Source: Candidatus Parcubacteria bacterium
GTDB taxonomy: Bacteria; Patescibacteriota; Minisyncoccia; Phycocordibacterales; Zambryskibacteraceae
Length of the DNA stretch: 64,000 bases
Assembly: GCA_019658995.1 (NCBI GenBank)
Contig: JAIFWN010000001.1
Location: forward strand, 20,852-84,851
Direction of reading: 5' to 3'
Numbering within the stretch: the stretch's first letter is position 1; the number at the start of each line of letters is the position of its first letter. This document shows positions 26,699 to 35,183 of this stretch, one piece after another. Both the position numbers and the translations under genes were made by a program. The notes under the pieces were generated by a model that was not told the origin of the DNA, made no database searches, and saw only the letters and a list, made by a program, of their open reading frames with translations.

Positions 26699-27140
26699 AG
26701 GCCGTAATATCCTTATTGTTAGCCAGGTTTTTCGATTTTGCGGCTATGTCGAGAGCTCTTGACCTGTGCCCGGCGGACTGTTCTTTTCTGCTTTTGTCCG
26801 CTGAAATCTTCTTGATGATGTCTATTTTCTTCCGCATCACGCGCCGGAGAGTGAACTGCCAGGCCTGATTTTTCTCAAAGAAGATAACCTCACCATCGCC
26901 GATATCCGTGCTGTAGCGGAAGTGGACTACCAGCTCCGGCTTGATCGCTCTGTGGTAGAAGATCTTGACGTCTTTGGAACGAGTGCCGCTCTCTTCTGAT
27001 TCGATACGGAAGGAGAGCCCTCCGAAATTGCTGATTTCTCTGACTCTCATCTCACGGAGAAGCTCTTCGGTGAACGGGATAACTCTTTTCAGGAAGTCAT
27101 CTCGGCCTTCGAGCTTGCGTCTCTGTTTCGGGTAACTCAC
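26697..27140 (-). CDS. Hypothetical protein (147 aa) between ftsA and ftsZ, with weak PilZ-like motifs.
   Basis: QRRKLEGR ... EISNFGGLSF loosely resembles the PilZ RxxxR and (D/N)xSxxG motifs. I cannot confirm a family. Confidence 0.35.
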   Translation of the reverse strand: MSYPKQRRKLEGRDDFLKRVIPFTEELLREMRVREISNFGGLSFRIESEESGTRSKDVKIFYHRAIKPELVVHFRYSTDIGDGEVIFFEKNQAWQFTLRRVMRKKIDIIKKISADKSRKEQSAGHRSRALDIAAKSKNLANNKDITA

Positions 27141-27197
27141 ACAGCCTCACTTGGCAGGTTCCGGTCTAGTCTTAGCAGGACATTCGGCGGGTGTCAA

Positions 27198-28400
27198 TTA
27201 CGGCAAAAACTTTCCGATCCAGTGAGAGAGCTGGCGCAGGCCGCGGCGGCTGCCTTCGGCAATAGATTCAAGACCTTTCTGACCCACCGAGCCCTGCTCG
27301 TTTTCGGCATTGAAGCCGACCACAGCCAAACCGTATGCCACCGACCAGGCCAGGTCTTTGTTTGACCTAAGTTCGGAATTACCGAAGTGAATCTCTCCAA
27401 CACGAGCGGGGAGCTTCAGGGCGTACTCGGCGAATTCTCTGATGCCGTAAACTCCCGCGCCTCCGCCGGTAAGTACCGCACCTGCCGGCAGGAGCTGATG
27501 ACGGCCAATCTTTTTCAGATGTGCTTCGACCAGTTCGAATATCTCAGATAGACGGGATGAGATGATGTCGTCCATCTTTTTCTTAGGATAATCAGTGCGG
27601 GTGTAGGCACCGAGCTTTATATTTTCGGCTTCCTCTAGAGTGGTCTTGAGACCCAGAGCAATGTCGTTAGTGAGATCTGTTCCTCCCATTTCGAAGACTT
27701 CAAGAGATATAGGATTGCTGTTTTCAAAAACGACCATGGAAGTGGTCTCGGCCCCGATATTCAAGAGCAGGCAACCGGCCATCTTCTGCTTCTTGCTTAG
27801 CGTGACGAATGATGAGGCAATTGGAGCGGCCACTACATCTATGACTTCCACCCCGGCGCCTTCCACCGATCGTATGAGGTCCTCGAGATGATGCTCGAGA
27901 CAGGTTATGAAAAGAATTTTTACCTCGAGCTTGCCGGCCCGCATGCCCTCTACGCGCCCGAGCGCTTGCCGGCCGTCGAGGAGTGTTACCAGGGGAATGG
28001 TGTTTATAACTTTGCGATTTAAGGAAAGTGATTGCGGAATAGACGCCTCGGCCGCATCGTGGGCCTTCTCGATATCCAGATTGGTAACTTCAAGATCTGC
28101 TCGCGAGATAGCCACGGTGCCCGTTGAGACGGCACTGCCGAGTCCTACGCCGCCGACAGAGACGAAGGCTCTCTTAACCGTAATGCCGCTGGCTTTCTCG
28201 GCCTTATCTAGGGCTATTCTTACGCTCTTGCTAACCTCTCCGGTGTCTATGATGAATCCCTTGCGGAGCCCTCTGGTCTCTGAGGTGCCGGTTCCCAGAA
28301 CCTTAGGTATGTGTCTGTCACCATCAAGAACTTCTTCGGCGATAACTGCCTTTACCTGGTGAGTGCCTATGTCGATGCCGACTGAGAGATTTTTTGCCAT
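27198..28400 (-). CDS. ftsA: Cell division protein FtsA.
   Basis: LSVGIDIGTHQVKAVIAEE... shows an actin-like ATPase fold with SHS2 insert-like features, and it lies adjacent to ftsZ. Confidence 0.9.
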   Translation of the reverse strand: MAKNLSVGIDIGTHQVKAVIAEEVLDGDRHIPKVLGTGTSETRGLRKGFIIDTGEVSKSVRIALDKAEKASGITVKRAFVSVGGVGLGSAVSTGTVAISRADLEVTNLDIEKAHDAAEASIPQSLSLNRKVINTIPLVTLLDGRQALGRVEGMRAGKLEVKILFITCLEHHLEDLIRSVEGAGVEVIDVVAAPIASSFVTLSKKQKMAGCLLLNIGAETTSMVVFENSNPISLEVFEMGGTDLTNDIALGLKTTLEEAENIKLGAYTRTDYPKKKMDDIISSRLSEIFELVEAHLKKIGRHQLLPAGAVLTGGGAGVYGIREFAEYALKLPARVGEIHFGNSELRSNKDLAWSVAYGLAVVGFNAENEQGSVGQKGLESIAEGSRRGLRQLSHWIGKFLP

Positions 28401-28740
28401 TAAATAGTTTATAGAACCTTTGTTCCTCGCTCTCCATTTTAGCGCCGTGTCGCATTCCTTTCAAATGAAGAAGTGCGTGGATGTATAGTTCCAGAACCGA
28501 AAATCCGCCCAATCCCTCTTTGTTTATGAAAACTTCTCCGCTCCCTTTGCCGAGCGGGAAGGCGAGGACATTGGTCGGCTTGTCCTTGCCGCGGTATGTG
28601 CGGTTGAGCCTTCTCGATAGCGCATTGTTGCAAAAGACCAGGGAGAGCTCGTAATCCTTACCAAGGATTGCCTCTTTAATCGCTACTTCCCGGCTAATCT
28701 TACGATTAGCGCCGCTTTTTGCCGAACTTCTGGAGTTCAT
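28324..28740 (-). CDS. ybeY: rRNA maturation endoribonuclease YbeY (short form).
   Basis: LNRTYRGKDKPTNVLAFP and HALLHLKGMRHG (the HxxxHxxGxxH zinc motif) are present. Its 3' end overlaps ftsA by 77 nt and its 5' end overlaps rpsU by 35 nt. Confidence 0.6.
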   Translation of the reverse strand: MNSRSSAKSGANRKISREVAIKEAILGKDYELSLVFCNNALSRRLNRTYRGKDKPTNVLAFPLGKGSGEVFINKEGLGGFSVLELYIHALLHLKGMRHGAKMESEEQRFYKLFNGKKSLSRHRHRHSPGKGSYRRRSS

Positions 28741-28960
28741 TCAGTTTGCCCTGCTTCAGGAGCTCGTTTATGTGCTCTTTTTTCTTAAGGTATGCGAGGG
28801 TCTTGGCGCGTTTGACGTTCTCGCTCTTGATGCGCTCGGAGTAGCGCTTCTCGCGCACTTTCATGAGTATGCCGGCGCTCTGTACGCGCTTCTGGAAACG
28901 CCTAAGAACCGAGAGGTTGTTCTCGCTTGCGCCTTTGGTTACTTCGATATTGACTGCCAT
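28706..28960 (-). CDS. rpsU: 30S ribosomal protein S21.
   Basis: MAVNIEVTKGASENNLSVLRRFQKRVQSAGILMKVREKRYSERIKSENVKRAK matches S21. The start is taken at the second Met. Confidence 0.85.
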   Translation of the reverse strand: MAVNIEVTKGASENNLSVLRRFQKRVQSAGILMKVREKRYSERIKSENVKRAKTLAYLKKKEHINELLKQGKLNELQKFGKKRR

Positions 28961-29023
28961 ATAGGTCTGAAACTCTAACACAATGGTCTCAATCGCGCAA
29001 TAGAGCCATATATTAAAAAGCGG

Positions 29024-29317
29024 CTAGTTGTATCTAGCCGCAAGAGCGAGACGAAACCGCTGCATACTTTGAGGACTTAGCCGGATCACAACTAAGGGTA
29101 TTTCATCCGGATCCGAATCCGGCAGACCCATGGTTCTGATCTCACGTACCAGGAGCTCGGCCCAGAACTGATCGATGCGGTTGGCAATGCGCAACCCCAT
29201 GATACAGGCCATTGCCAGGTTTTCGGTGCGGATGAGACGACTCACGTATCCGTCTGGCAAGGTGATAATGATGCCCTGGGGATGCTGTTCGATGACGGGC
29301 TCGTCATTCATGTCCAT
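29024..29317 (-). CDS. Hypothetical protein (97 aa).
   Basis: ORF only. Confidence 0.3.
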   Translation of the reverse strand: MDMNDEPVIEQHPQGIIITLPDGYVSRLIRTENLAMACIMGLRIANRIDQFWAELLVREIRTMGLPDSDPDEIPLVVIRLSPQSMQRFRLALAARYN

Positions 29318-29349
29318 ATCTGCCTCCGTCGCGGTCTAAGACCAATATA

Positions 29350-30468
29350 TCAGAAAGGTAAGTGCTTGAGAAAGCTCGGCAAATTGGAGATCGGCACGGT
29401 GTCTTGAGCTCGGCTCTCGACGTTTCTTATGGTCACCGTATTTTCGAGAGCCTCCTTCTGTCCGACTATCAGGAGATAGGGCGGGCGGAGCCGGTCTGCG
29501 GTCTCCATCTGGGCCATGAGCTTGTCCTTGCCCAGGAAGTGGTAAATGGGTATGCGGCTGGAGCGCAGGAGTTCTATGAGAGGCAAGGCGCGTATGCGGG
29601 CCTCTCGTCCGAGATGCACGAGCTGGAATTTGGGTTTCGGCGCTTCTTTGTAGACCTGTCTCTCTTTGGGTTTCTTTTCTCCAAATATGGTAGCGCCTAT
29701 GAGAGCAAGTTCTTTCTTGAATCCGAAGCGCCGGCTGAGCCGCGAATATCGGTAACCGGCGGCAAGGAGGTGTTCGGTATCATCGCGGACGGCAAAAAGA
29801 GCTTCGGAGCAGAAATTTTTGTGCCCTACGAGTTCCGGAGCGAAACGATAATCGACTCCGAGAGCCTCCAGATATTCTATAACTTCCTTGAACTGGGCGC
29901 GGCTGGCCGAGGATAACGAAGAGACGGAAGGGGGCATCTCTTTCCTCAGTTTTTCGGCTTCTTCTCCTTCAGCTTTAGCTATGGCGAAAATGTCTTCCTT
30001 GAAAAGTTTCTTCAGCTCTGCCGATATCGAGTGCCCGACCTTGCGGACGAAGTTACTGAGTTCGCGTTCGTAGGCCTGGATAGACTCCTTGTCACCGATC
30101 GAGTTTATCTCGACCACGAGGCCCTTATAGCCTTCTTCTGAAAGTATCGAAAGGGAAGTGCGTATGAGCTTAGCTTCGGCCACACCCACCGGGTAACCGA
30201 CAAGCTCCAGGGAGTAGTTGTGTCCGCGGCGCCAGGAGAGAGCCAGGGGGTGGGGGAGTTCGGCAAGTTTCCTCTCTATGTAGTGCCGGATGAAGGCCGC
30301 TTTCTCCGGGGCGTTGCATAAGAATCGGCCGGAAGTCTTCTCGACCTTCTCCTCGCAATCTTCCGTCATTCGCAAATCCTCGTTGCTCACCGCCGGAGCC
30401 TCTATCGGCGTGAAGCCGAAGTGGGCCGCGATATAGAGAGGCTTGTCGAACTCAATTTTTTTCATCTT
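29350..30468 (-). CDS. hisS: Histidyl-tRNA synthetase-like class II aaRS with a divergent catalytic core and a HGPT-type anticodon-binding domain.
   Basis: VVEINSIGDKESIQAYERELSNFV is similar to HisRS LELNSIGSLEARANYRDAL. AAGYRYSRLSRRFG matches motif-3 GGRYD. The C-terminal LLIVGQKEALENTVTIRNVESRAQDTV is the anticodon-binding domain. The start is taken at MKKIEFDK, and it overlaps the lepB 3' end. Confidence 0.6.
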   Translation of the reverse strand, partial: KMKKIEFDKPLYIAAHFGFTPIEAPAVSNEDLRMTEDCEEKVEKTSGRFLCNAPEKAAFIRHYIERKLAELPHPLALSWRRGHNYSLELVGYPVGVAEAKLIRTSLSILSEEGYKGLVVEINSIGDKESIQAYERELSNFVRKVGHSISAELKKLFKEDIFAIAKAEGEEAEKLRKEMPPSVSSLSSASRAQFKEVIEYLEALGVDYRFAPELVGHKNFCSEALFAVRDDTEHLLAAGYRYSRLSRRFGFKKELALIGATIFGEKKPKERQVYKEAPKPKFQLVHLGREARIRALPLIELLRSSRIPIYHFLGKDKLMAQMETADRLRPPYLLIVGQKEALENTVTIRNVESRAQDTVPISNLPSFLKHLPF

Positions 30469-31111
30469 GGTTTCCGGGAAGTATGGCGAATGGCCAGAGG
30501 CGGATAATGGGTCGGCCGATGATGTTTGCTTCCGGTACTGAACCCCACATGCGCGAGTCGGCGCTTCCGGCGCGGTTGTCACCCATCACGAAGTACTCGC
30601 CGCTCTCGAGAGTATAGACTCCGCTATCGTCCTTGGTGAGCTTCACGTAGGGCTCGTCGAGGACGAAACCCTCAGGATACTCCTGATTGACGACAGTAAC
30701 TCTGCCGCGGTCTATTCTTACGGTTTCGCCTGGCAAGCCAATAACACGCTTGATGAAGTATTTGGAAGGATCTTTGGGGTACCTGAATATGAGGACAGAG
30801 CCTCTTTCGGGTGTCTTGAAGTGGTAAGTGAGCTCGTCTACGACGAGATACTCGCTATTGTGGAAGGTCGGATCCATCGACGCTCCTTCTACGACGAATG
30901 GCTGTGCCACGTAACGGCGGAAAGGTATGACTATGAGCGCCGCTATGATCGCAAATTTGACCCACTCCCTCCAAGTACCCGTGTCTCTCTCATTATCTTT
31001 GGCAGGAGCGGTGTCGAGTTCCATAATTTTCGGACATTGTATTATACTTCTCACATGTACACAATTGTCGGACTCGGAAATCCGGGTGATGAGTATGCGG
31101 AGACTAGACAC
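30452..31111 (-). CDS. lepB: Signal peptidase I (housekeeping copy, 219 aa).
   Basis: GASMDPT (Ser box), KRVIGLPGE (Lys box) and GDNRAGSADSR are present. Confidence 0.9.
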   Translation of the reverse strand: MSSLRILITRISESDNCVHVRSIIQCPKIMELDTAPAKDNERDTGTWREWVKFAIIAALIVIPFRRYVAQPFVVEGASMDPTFHNSEYLVVDELTYHFKTPERGSVLIFRYPKDPSKYFIKRVIGLPGETVRIDRGRVTVVNQEYPEGFVLDEPYVKLTKDDSGVYTLESGEYFVMGDNRAGSADSRMWGSVPEANIIGRPIIRLWPFAILPGNQDEKN

Positions 31112-31543
31112 AACACCGGAAAAATGGCGGTTGAAGCGTTAGGGAAGCATGGAGTGGGGGCTAAACTGATTCTTCAGGATACTTTTATGAATAAATCAGG
31201 GTTTGCAGTGGCTAAAGTCGTGAAGAGCAAAAAAGCGGCCGAGAAGCTGATTGTAATCTATGATGATCTCGATCTCCCGGTAGGGGTTATGAGGATATCA
31301 TGGAACCGCGGGAGCGGCGGACACAAGGGCCTGGAGTCGGTCATAAGAGCGGTAAAGACCAAGGAGTTCATCCGTATACGTATAGGAATAGGGAAGAAGG
31401 AGCCGGTGGAGAAGCACATCCTCGGCAAGTTCACGCCCAAAGAAAAAGGCGAGATTAAAAAAGTTTTCAAAAAAGTCACCGAAGCGGTTGAGGCTATTAT
31501 CGAGCACGGTCTGCCCCGGGCGATGAGCGAGTTTAATAAATAA
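31055..31543 (+). CDS. pth: Peptidyl-tRNA hydrolase.
   Basis: MYTIVGLGNPGDEYAETRHNTG is the canonical Pth N-terminus. The upstream in-frame ORF extension is antisense to lepB and is rejected. Confidence 0.9.
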   Translation: MYTIVGLGNPGDEYAETRHNTGKMAVEALGKHGVGAKLILQDTFMNKSGFAVAKVVKSKKAAEKLIVIYDDLDLPVGVMRISWNRGSGGHKGLESVIRAVKTKEFIRIRIGIGKKEPVEKHILGKFTPKEKGEIKKVFKKVTEAVEAIIEHGLPRAMSEFNK

Positions 31544-31556
31544 AAAGCCGCGATGA

Positions 31557-32036
31557 TTAGTCGCAGCAGGAGTTCGTGGTGAGTTTCCTGTAGAAATCCA
31601 CTCCGACCTTTGCAAGAGCGTCGAAATAAGGTTCCTCGTCCTTGTGGATTTCACACAGCCTTCCGAGAGTCTCTTTGAGGAGCTGTCGGGCGTCACTTGC
31701 GAACCTCATATACTCGCCGTTCTCGCCAGACTCGAGTGTGACAACTCCGAAGAGAGCCAGATCCTTCAGGAACTCGTCCAAGACTATATACAGGCCGTCA
31801 TTCTTGCAATCGAAGGCCGAGCTTGCCGACCGGACAGAGATTGGGATGTCTTTCGCTTCTTCGACACTCCTTTTCTCCCAATGCTCGATCGCTTTTCCGA
31901 CTCTACCCATTGAGCGATGGAGCATTGGAATTTCGAGTTTGTGGAGTCCGCCTTTCTCCACGGCCATGAGGAGCTTTAGCATCACAACGCGGATGCTGGT
32001 CTCCTCGGGGCCGATGCTGTAGATCATGCCTCGCAT
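31557..32036 (-). CDS. Hypothetical protein (159 aa).
   Basis: ORF only. Confidence 0.3.
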   Translation of the reverse strand: MRGMIYSIGPEETSIRVVMLKLLMAVEKGGLHKLEIPMLHRSMGRVGKAIEHWEKRSVEEAKDIPISVRSASSAFDCKNDGLYIVLDEFLKDLALFGVVTLESGENGEYMRFASDARQLLKETLGRLCEIHKDEEPYFDALAKVGVDFYRKLTTNSCCD

Positions 32037-32127
32037 AGCCCCTCCGGAGCCAAGTGATACTTCTATCTATATATAGACACATCCGAACTTAAATTGCAAA
32101 GTGAGCGTAAATAAAAGCCGCTACAAC

Positions 32128-32610
32128 CTAGGTCGTAGCGGGAGCTTCAGACTGTCTCTTCTTCCTCTTGTATTCCTCGACTCTCTCGAGCATCCGGCCC
32201 CAATCTCTGTCGAGCCGGTACATCTCGGCCGTTGTCTCCATGACAATGTTTGCCTTCTCGATCACGTCCTGGTCGAGATGGTCTCTGATCTCCTTTTCCG
32301 CAAAGCGTCGAAATCCGTGTTCAAAGTGGTGCCGGCCATCATTGACCGTCTTGCAATACATGACCCCGGCTATCACCGCTCTCGACAGGGTTCCGCGGAT
32401 CGCATGCTCGCGGTCCGAGGCAAAGAAGTGATACTCTCGAAGACTGACACCTTCGACCTCGAGGAGCCTGAAGTGGAGCTGCATCGCATCCACGAAGCGC
32501 CCGGTCTCGACTGAGTTCTGGCCTTCATTAGCCATGAGGTGGAGAAGGACTATCCAGACGAAAGCATCCTGGACGTAGTCCTCGGGCTCGTTACCGCGAA
32601 GTAAAGACAT
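32128..32610 (-). CDS. Hypothetical protein (160 aa).
   Basis: ORF only. Confidence 0.3.
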   Translation of the reverse strand: MSLLRGNEPEDYVQDAFVWIVLLHLMANEGQNSVETGRFVDAMQLHFRLLEVEGVSLREYHFFASDREHAIRGTLSRAVIAGVMYCKTVNDGRHHFEHGFRRFAEKEIRDHLDQDVIEKANIVMETTAEMYRLDRDWGRMLERVEEYKRKKRQSEAPATT

Positions 32611-32653
32611 GTCTCACTCCGTAAGCTGGGGTTTTGTCTGCTGCTACTCTACA

Positions 32654-33799
32654 CTATTTCTTTTCTACGTACGAGAGTGCCATCTTCTGTTCCTTGGGAT
32701 CGAAGAGGGTGATCTTGAAGGGGTAAGTTTTGCCCATCTCGAGCGTAGAGCGGAGCTTGTCCTCAGTGCCGAATTCCGAGACGTGTACCAGACCGGCTAC
32801 GCCTTCCTCAATGGAGGCCAGAGCGCCATGCTTGTTGTATTTGATGATCACGCCTTCGACGACGTCATCTTTCTTGTATTTCTCTGCCGCTTCCTTCCAC
32901 GGATTCTCCTTCAGTGCTTTTATCGAGAGAGAGATCTTGTCATCTTTGATTTCGATGATCTTCACTCGGACCTTTTCCCCGATCTTAAACATGGTCTTAG
33001 GATTTTCCACCAGACCCCAGTCTATCTCGGAGATGTGCACGAGACCCTCGAGACCTTCTTCAAGTTTGACGAAGATGCCGAAGTCCACGAGTCCCGTCAC
33101 TTCTCCCTGGAGTTCGTCGCCCAAGGAATACTTCTCAATCATGTTCTCCTTGTTCTTGGTTTCCGGGGACTTCTCGGAGAAGATCAGTTTGCCTTCTTTG
33201 GGTGTTGCGCCGATGATGGTGACGGAAAGTTTCTCTCCGACGAGTTTGCGGAGTTCATCCAGGATCTTATCTTTGTCGCCGTCTGAGACCCTCGGATAAT
33301 GCTCTGGCTTGAGCTGGGAAGCCGGAAGGAAGCCGGGGATACCCTGCCAGTTCAATATCAATCCGCCCTTGTTGGCATCGGTTACCGGGAGGTCGTATAT
33401 GCGCTTCTCTCGGATTGCCTCTTCGGCCTCGCTCCAGATGAGAGCTTGGCGTGCTTCTTTGAGCGATATTTCGATATATCCATCCTTGCCGCCCATGCCG
33501 ACAACCTTTCCGGCCACGGTATCGCCGACGTTGACCTTCTTGATGATGTCGCGCGCGTTCATAAACTCGCGTCCGAAGATGATGCCCGTGCCGAATGGCG
33601 GCAGGTCTATGTATATCGCACCCTTATCTATGGAGATAACCGGGCCCTCTATCACATCGTCGATCTTGGGCGGGTTAGGAGATTTCTCCACTAGAGAATG
33701 CATCACGGTGTTTTCCGCTTTTGTATCGATTTCAATATTTCTAACGTCCTCCGCCTTCGGAGTTTCCTCTTTCTTTTTTCTAGTACCAAATAAAGCCAA
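32654..33799 (-). CDS. rpsA: 30S ribosomal protein S1, short form with four S1 domains.
   Basis: S1-domain repeats are present (GDTVAGKVVGM.., GEVTGLVDFGIFVKL.., GVIIKYNKHGALASI.. with VHISE/VHVSE). Confidence 0.85.
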   Translation of the reverse strand: MALFGTRKKKEETPKAEDVRNIEIDTKAENTVMHSLVEKSPNPPKIDDVIEGPVISIDKGAIYIDLPPFGTGIIFGREFMNARDIIKKVNVGDTVAGKVVGMGGKDGYIEISLKEARQALIWSEAEEAIREKRIYDLPVTDANKGGLILNWQGIPGFLPASQLKPEHYPRVSDGDKDKILDELRKLVGEKLSVTIIGATPKEGKLIFSEKSPETKNKENMIEKYSLGDELQGEVTGLVDFGIFVKLEEGLEGLVHISEIDWGLVENPKTMFKIGEKVRVKIIEIKDDKISLSIKALKENPWKEAAEKYKKDDVVEGVIIKYNKHGALASIEEGVAGLVHVSEFGTEDKLRSTLEMGKTYPFKITLFDPKEQKMALSYVEKK

Positions 33800-33894
33800 A
33801 TTTTTGAGCCGTTACCGCTCCTCGCGCTCTATCTGTGGTTGCCGGAGCGAGAGGTGTTACGGAAAACGGGGATAATAAGAACTCAAGTAAATTA

Positions 33895-33936
33895 ACATAA
33901 AATGAGAAGCCCCGCAACACTCGTGTGTTGCGGGGC
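33895..33936 (-). terminator. Strong rho-independent terminator on the minus strand.
   Basis: A 12-bp perfect stem, gccccgcaacac/gtgttgcggggc (33909-33936), has a 4-nt loop. It is followed on the minus strand by cuucucauuuua. Confidence 0.7.
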
Positions 33937-34160
33937 TTGTGTCCCCACCAAGATGATAGACGTACTCAGGGTGGATGCATACTTCCGTACCTCTTGGTTA
34001 GCCGTGGCCTTCCTGTGCCCGTGGGCGTTGGTCACCGAGGTACTACCTCTCGTCCGCTGTTGGATGCGCGTTAGGATTGACGTTGGGAAGACGAAAGCGC
34101 TCCCTATATGCGAGTCCGGCGCGCCGCGAGGAGACGAGGTAATGCGGGAACTTTATCTGT
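33937..34160 (-). ncRNA. Candidate GC-rich small RNA (about 250 nt) on the minus strand, bounded by a promoter-like motif and the strong terminator above.
   Basis: On the minus strand, TTGACT (plus 34188-34193), a 17-nt spacer and TAAGCT (plus 34165-34170) precede it. There is no minus-strand ORF of 60 aa or more. The region is about 60% GC and structured. No match to an SRP, tmRNA or 6S core was recognised by eye. Confidence 0.25.
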
Positions 34161-34224
34161 ATATAGCTTATCATAGTCTAGTCTATAAGTCAAGCACAGC
34201 TGTGGATATGAAAAAAGCCCCGAA

Positions 34225-34710
34225 TTACTTCGAGACTCTGGCAAAAGACTTTGGCATTACGTTATAAATCGTACATGTCCTTTTGAAGGAGCTCTCACGG
34301 ACGGCAAGTTTGTACTCGTCGTCGGGAGGAAGATGGAAATCCGCCTTACTCGATCCCAATCTTACTGGCAGATAAGAGAAGGAGAAGAGAGTACAAATTT
34401 CCGTCCGGCCCGGCGTATTCAAGGGGAAGCCGCTGGTGTCCACTGCCCACCATGATCCTTCGTGGATTACCCAGTAGAGCTCGATAGCCGTGTCGCCAGC
34501 CACTACGCTTGGCTTATCCAGGTGGAATCTGAGACGCGTGCCGAGAGGCAAAACTGTGCCTTCCGGAACGGTGATGATCTTCTCTGCCGGGCGGCGAGTC
34601 TTACCCCAGGTGTAGCTCTTGCTAGTGAGTGGAAGTTGAACTGTGCCGCACCCGGCTGCGACCCATAGGCTCATCATAGTAATGAAGAGGGTAAGGCACC
34701 TTATCCGCAT
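34225..34710 (-). CDS. Putative lipoprotein (161 aa), GC-rich.
   Basis: The signal peptide ends in the lipobox VAAGC (MRIRCLTLFITMMSLWVAAGCGT). Confidence 0.5.
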   Translation of the reverse strand: MRIRCLTLFITMMSLWVAAGCGTVQLPLTSKSYTWGKTRRPAEKIITVPEGTVLPLGTRLRFHLDKPSVVAGDTAIELYWVIHEGSWWAVDTSGFPLNTPGRTEICTLFSFSYLPVRLGSSKADFHLPPDDEYKLAVRESSFKRTCTIYNVMPKSFARVSK

Positions 34711-35063
34711 TTTCTCACCTCCTTGGCGAGGGTGACAATGTAAGAGCGATGCAGAAATGTGAACTCGTACTTCTTGTCTACCTCGATGTCCATACCTTCA
34801 AGTATGCGCAGTACATGAGGTGCCGTGCGTCCGTCTTTGTACTCGTACCGGGTGAGGGTAGTGTCTGCGAACCGGCTCGTCCGCGTTACTATGCCGCACT
34901 CGGTGATAGTCGAGTCGGCTGGGGCAACCTCCGCACCGAAAAGATTTTCGGGCGCACTTGAACTCCACGCGCAGCGAGCCAGAGACAATGCTACGCAGAC
35001 TACGAATCCGAGTTTCCACGGACTCTCATACCACGGACGTGAGTCACCGCGTTCGAGCGGCAT
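34701..35063 (-). CDS. Small secreted or lipoprotein-like hypothetical protein (120 aa), GC-rich.
   Basis: It has a hydrophobic N-terminus (GFVVCVALSLARCAWSSSA). Confidence 0.4.
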   Translation of the reverse strand: MPLERGDSRPWYESPWKLGFVVCVALSLARCAWSSSAPENLFGAEVAPADSTITECGIVTRTSRFADTTLTRYEYKDGRTAPHVLRILEGMDIEVDKKYEFTFLHRSYIVTLAKEVRKCG

Positions 35064-35110
35064 ACTTCCTCCATGTTTAGAACAGCTCTGCTTTAAGTAT
35101 GTTCTTCCCT

Positions 35111-35153
35111 ATTTAAAATACAAATGGCCCGGTCACGTGTTGCGTGCCGGGCC
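35111..35153 (-). terminator. Terminator-like hairpin downstream of the 35184-35570 gene (minus strand).
   Basis: The hairpin ggcccgg-t-cacg...cgtg-ccgggcc (35126-35153) is followed on the minus strand by AT-rich auuuguauuuuaaau. Confidence 0.5.
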
Positions 35154-35183
35154 AGACGAACAATCGTTCGCATGCTGGTGCTT

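Noticed and set aside
32609-33875. Several plus-strand ORFs of 131-225 aa
   Set aside because: They are antisense to rpsA, whose S1 domains are clearly recognisable, and they have no features of their own.
33937-34224. SRP RNA, tmRNA or 6S RNA identity for the candidate sRNA
   Set aside because: I could not find the SRP helix-8 GGAA/AGCAG motif pair, the tmRNA tRNA-like ends, or resume codon context by eye. It is left as an unclassified candidate.
33902-34267. 121-aa plus-strand ORF in the 33800-34224 gap
   Set aside because: It would begin inside a terminator hairpin that is oriented for the minus strand. It has Cys/Trp/Arg-rich odd composition and no RBS. An sRNA or UTR interpretation is preferred, though coding cannot be excluded.
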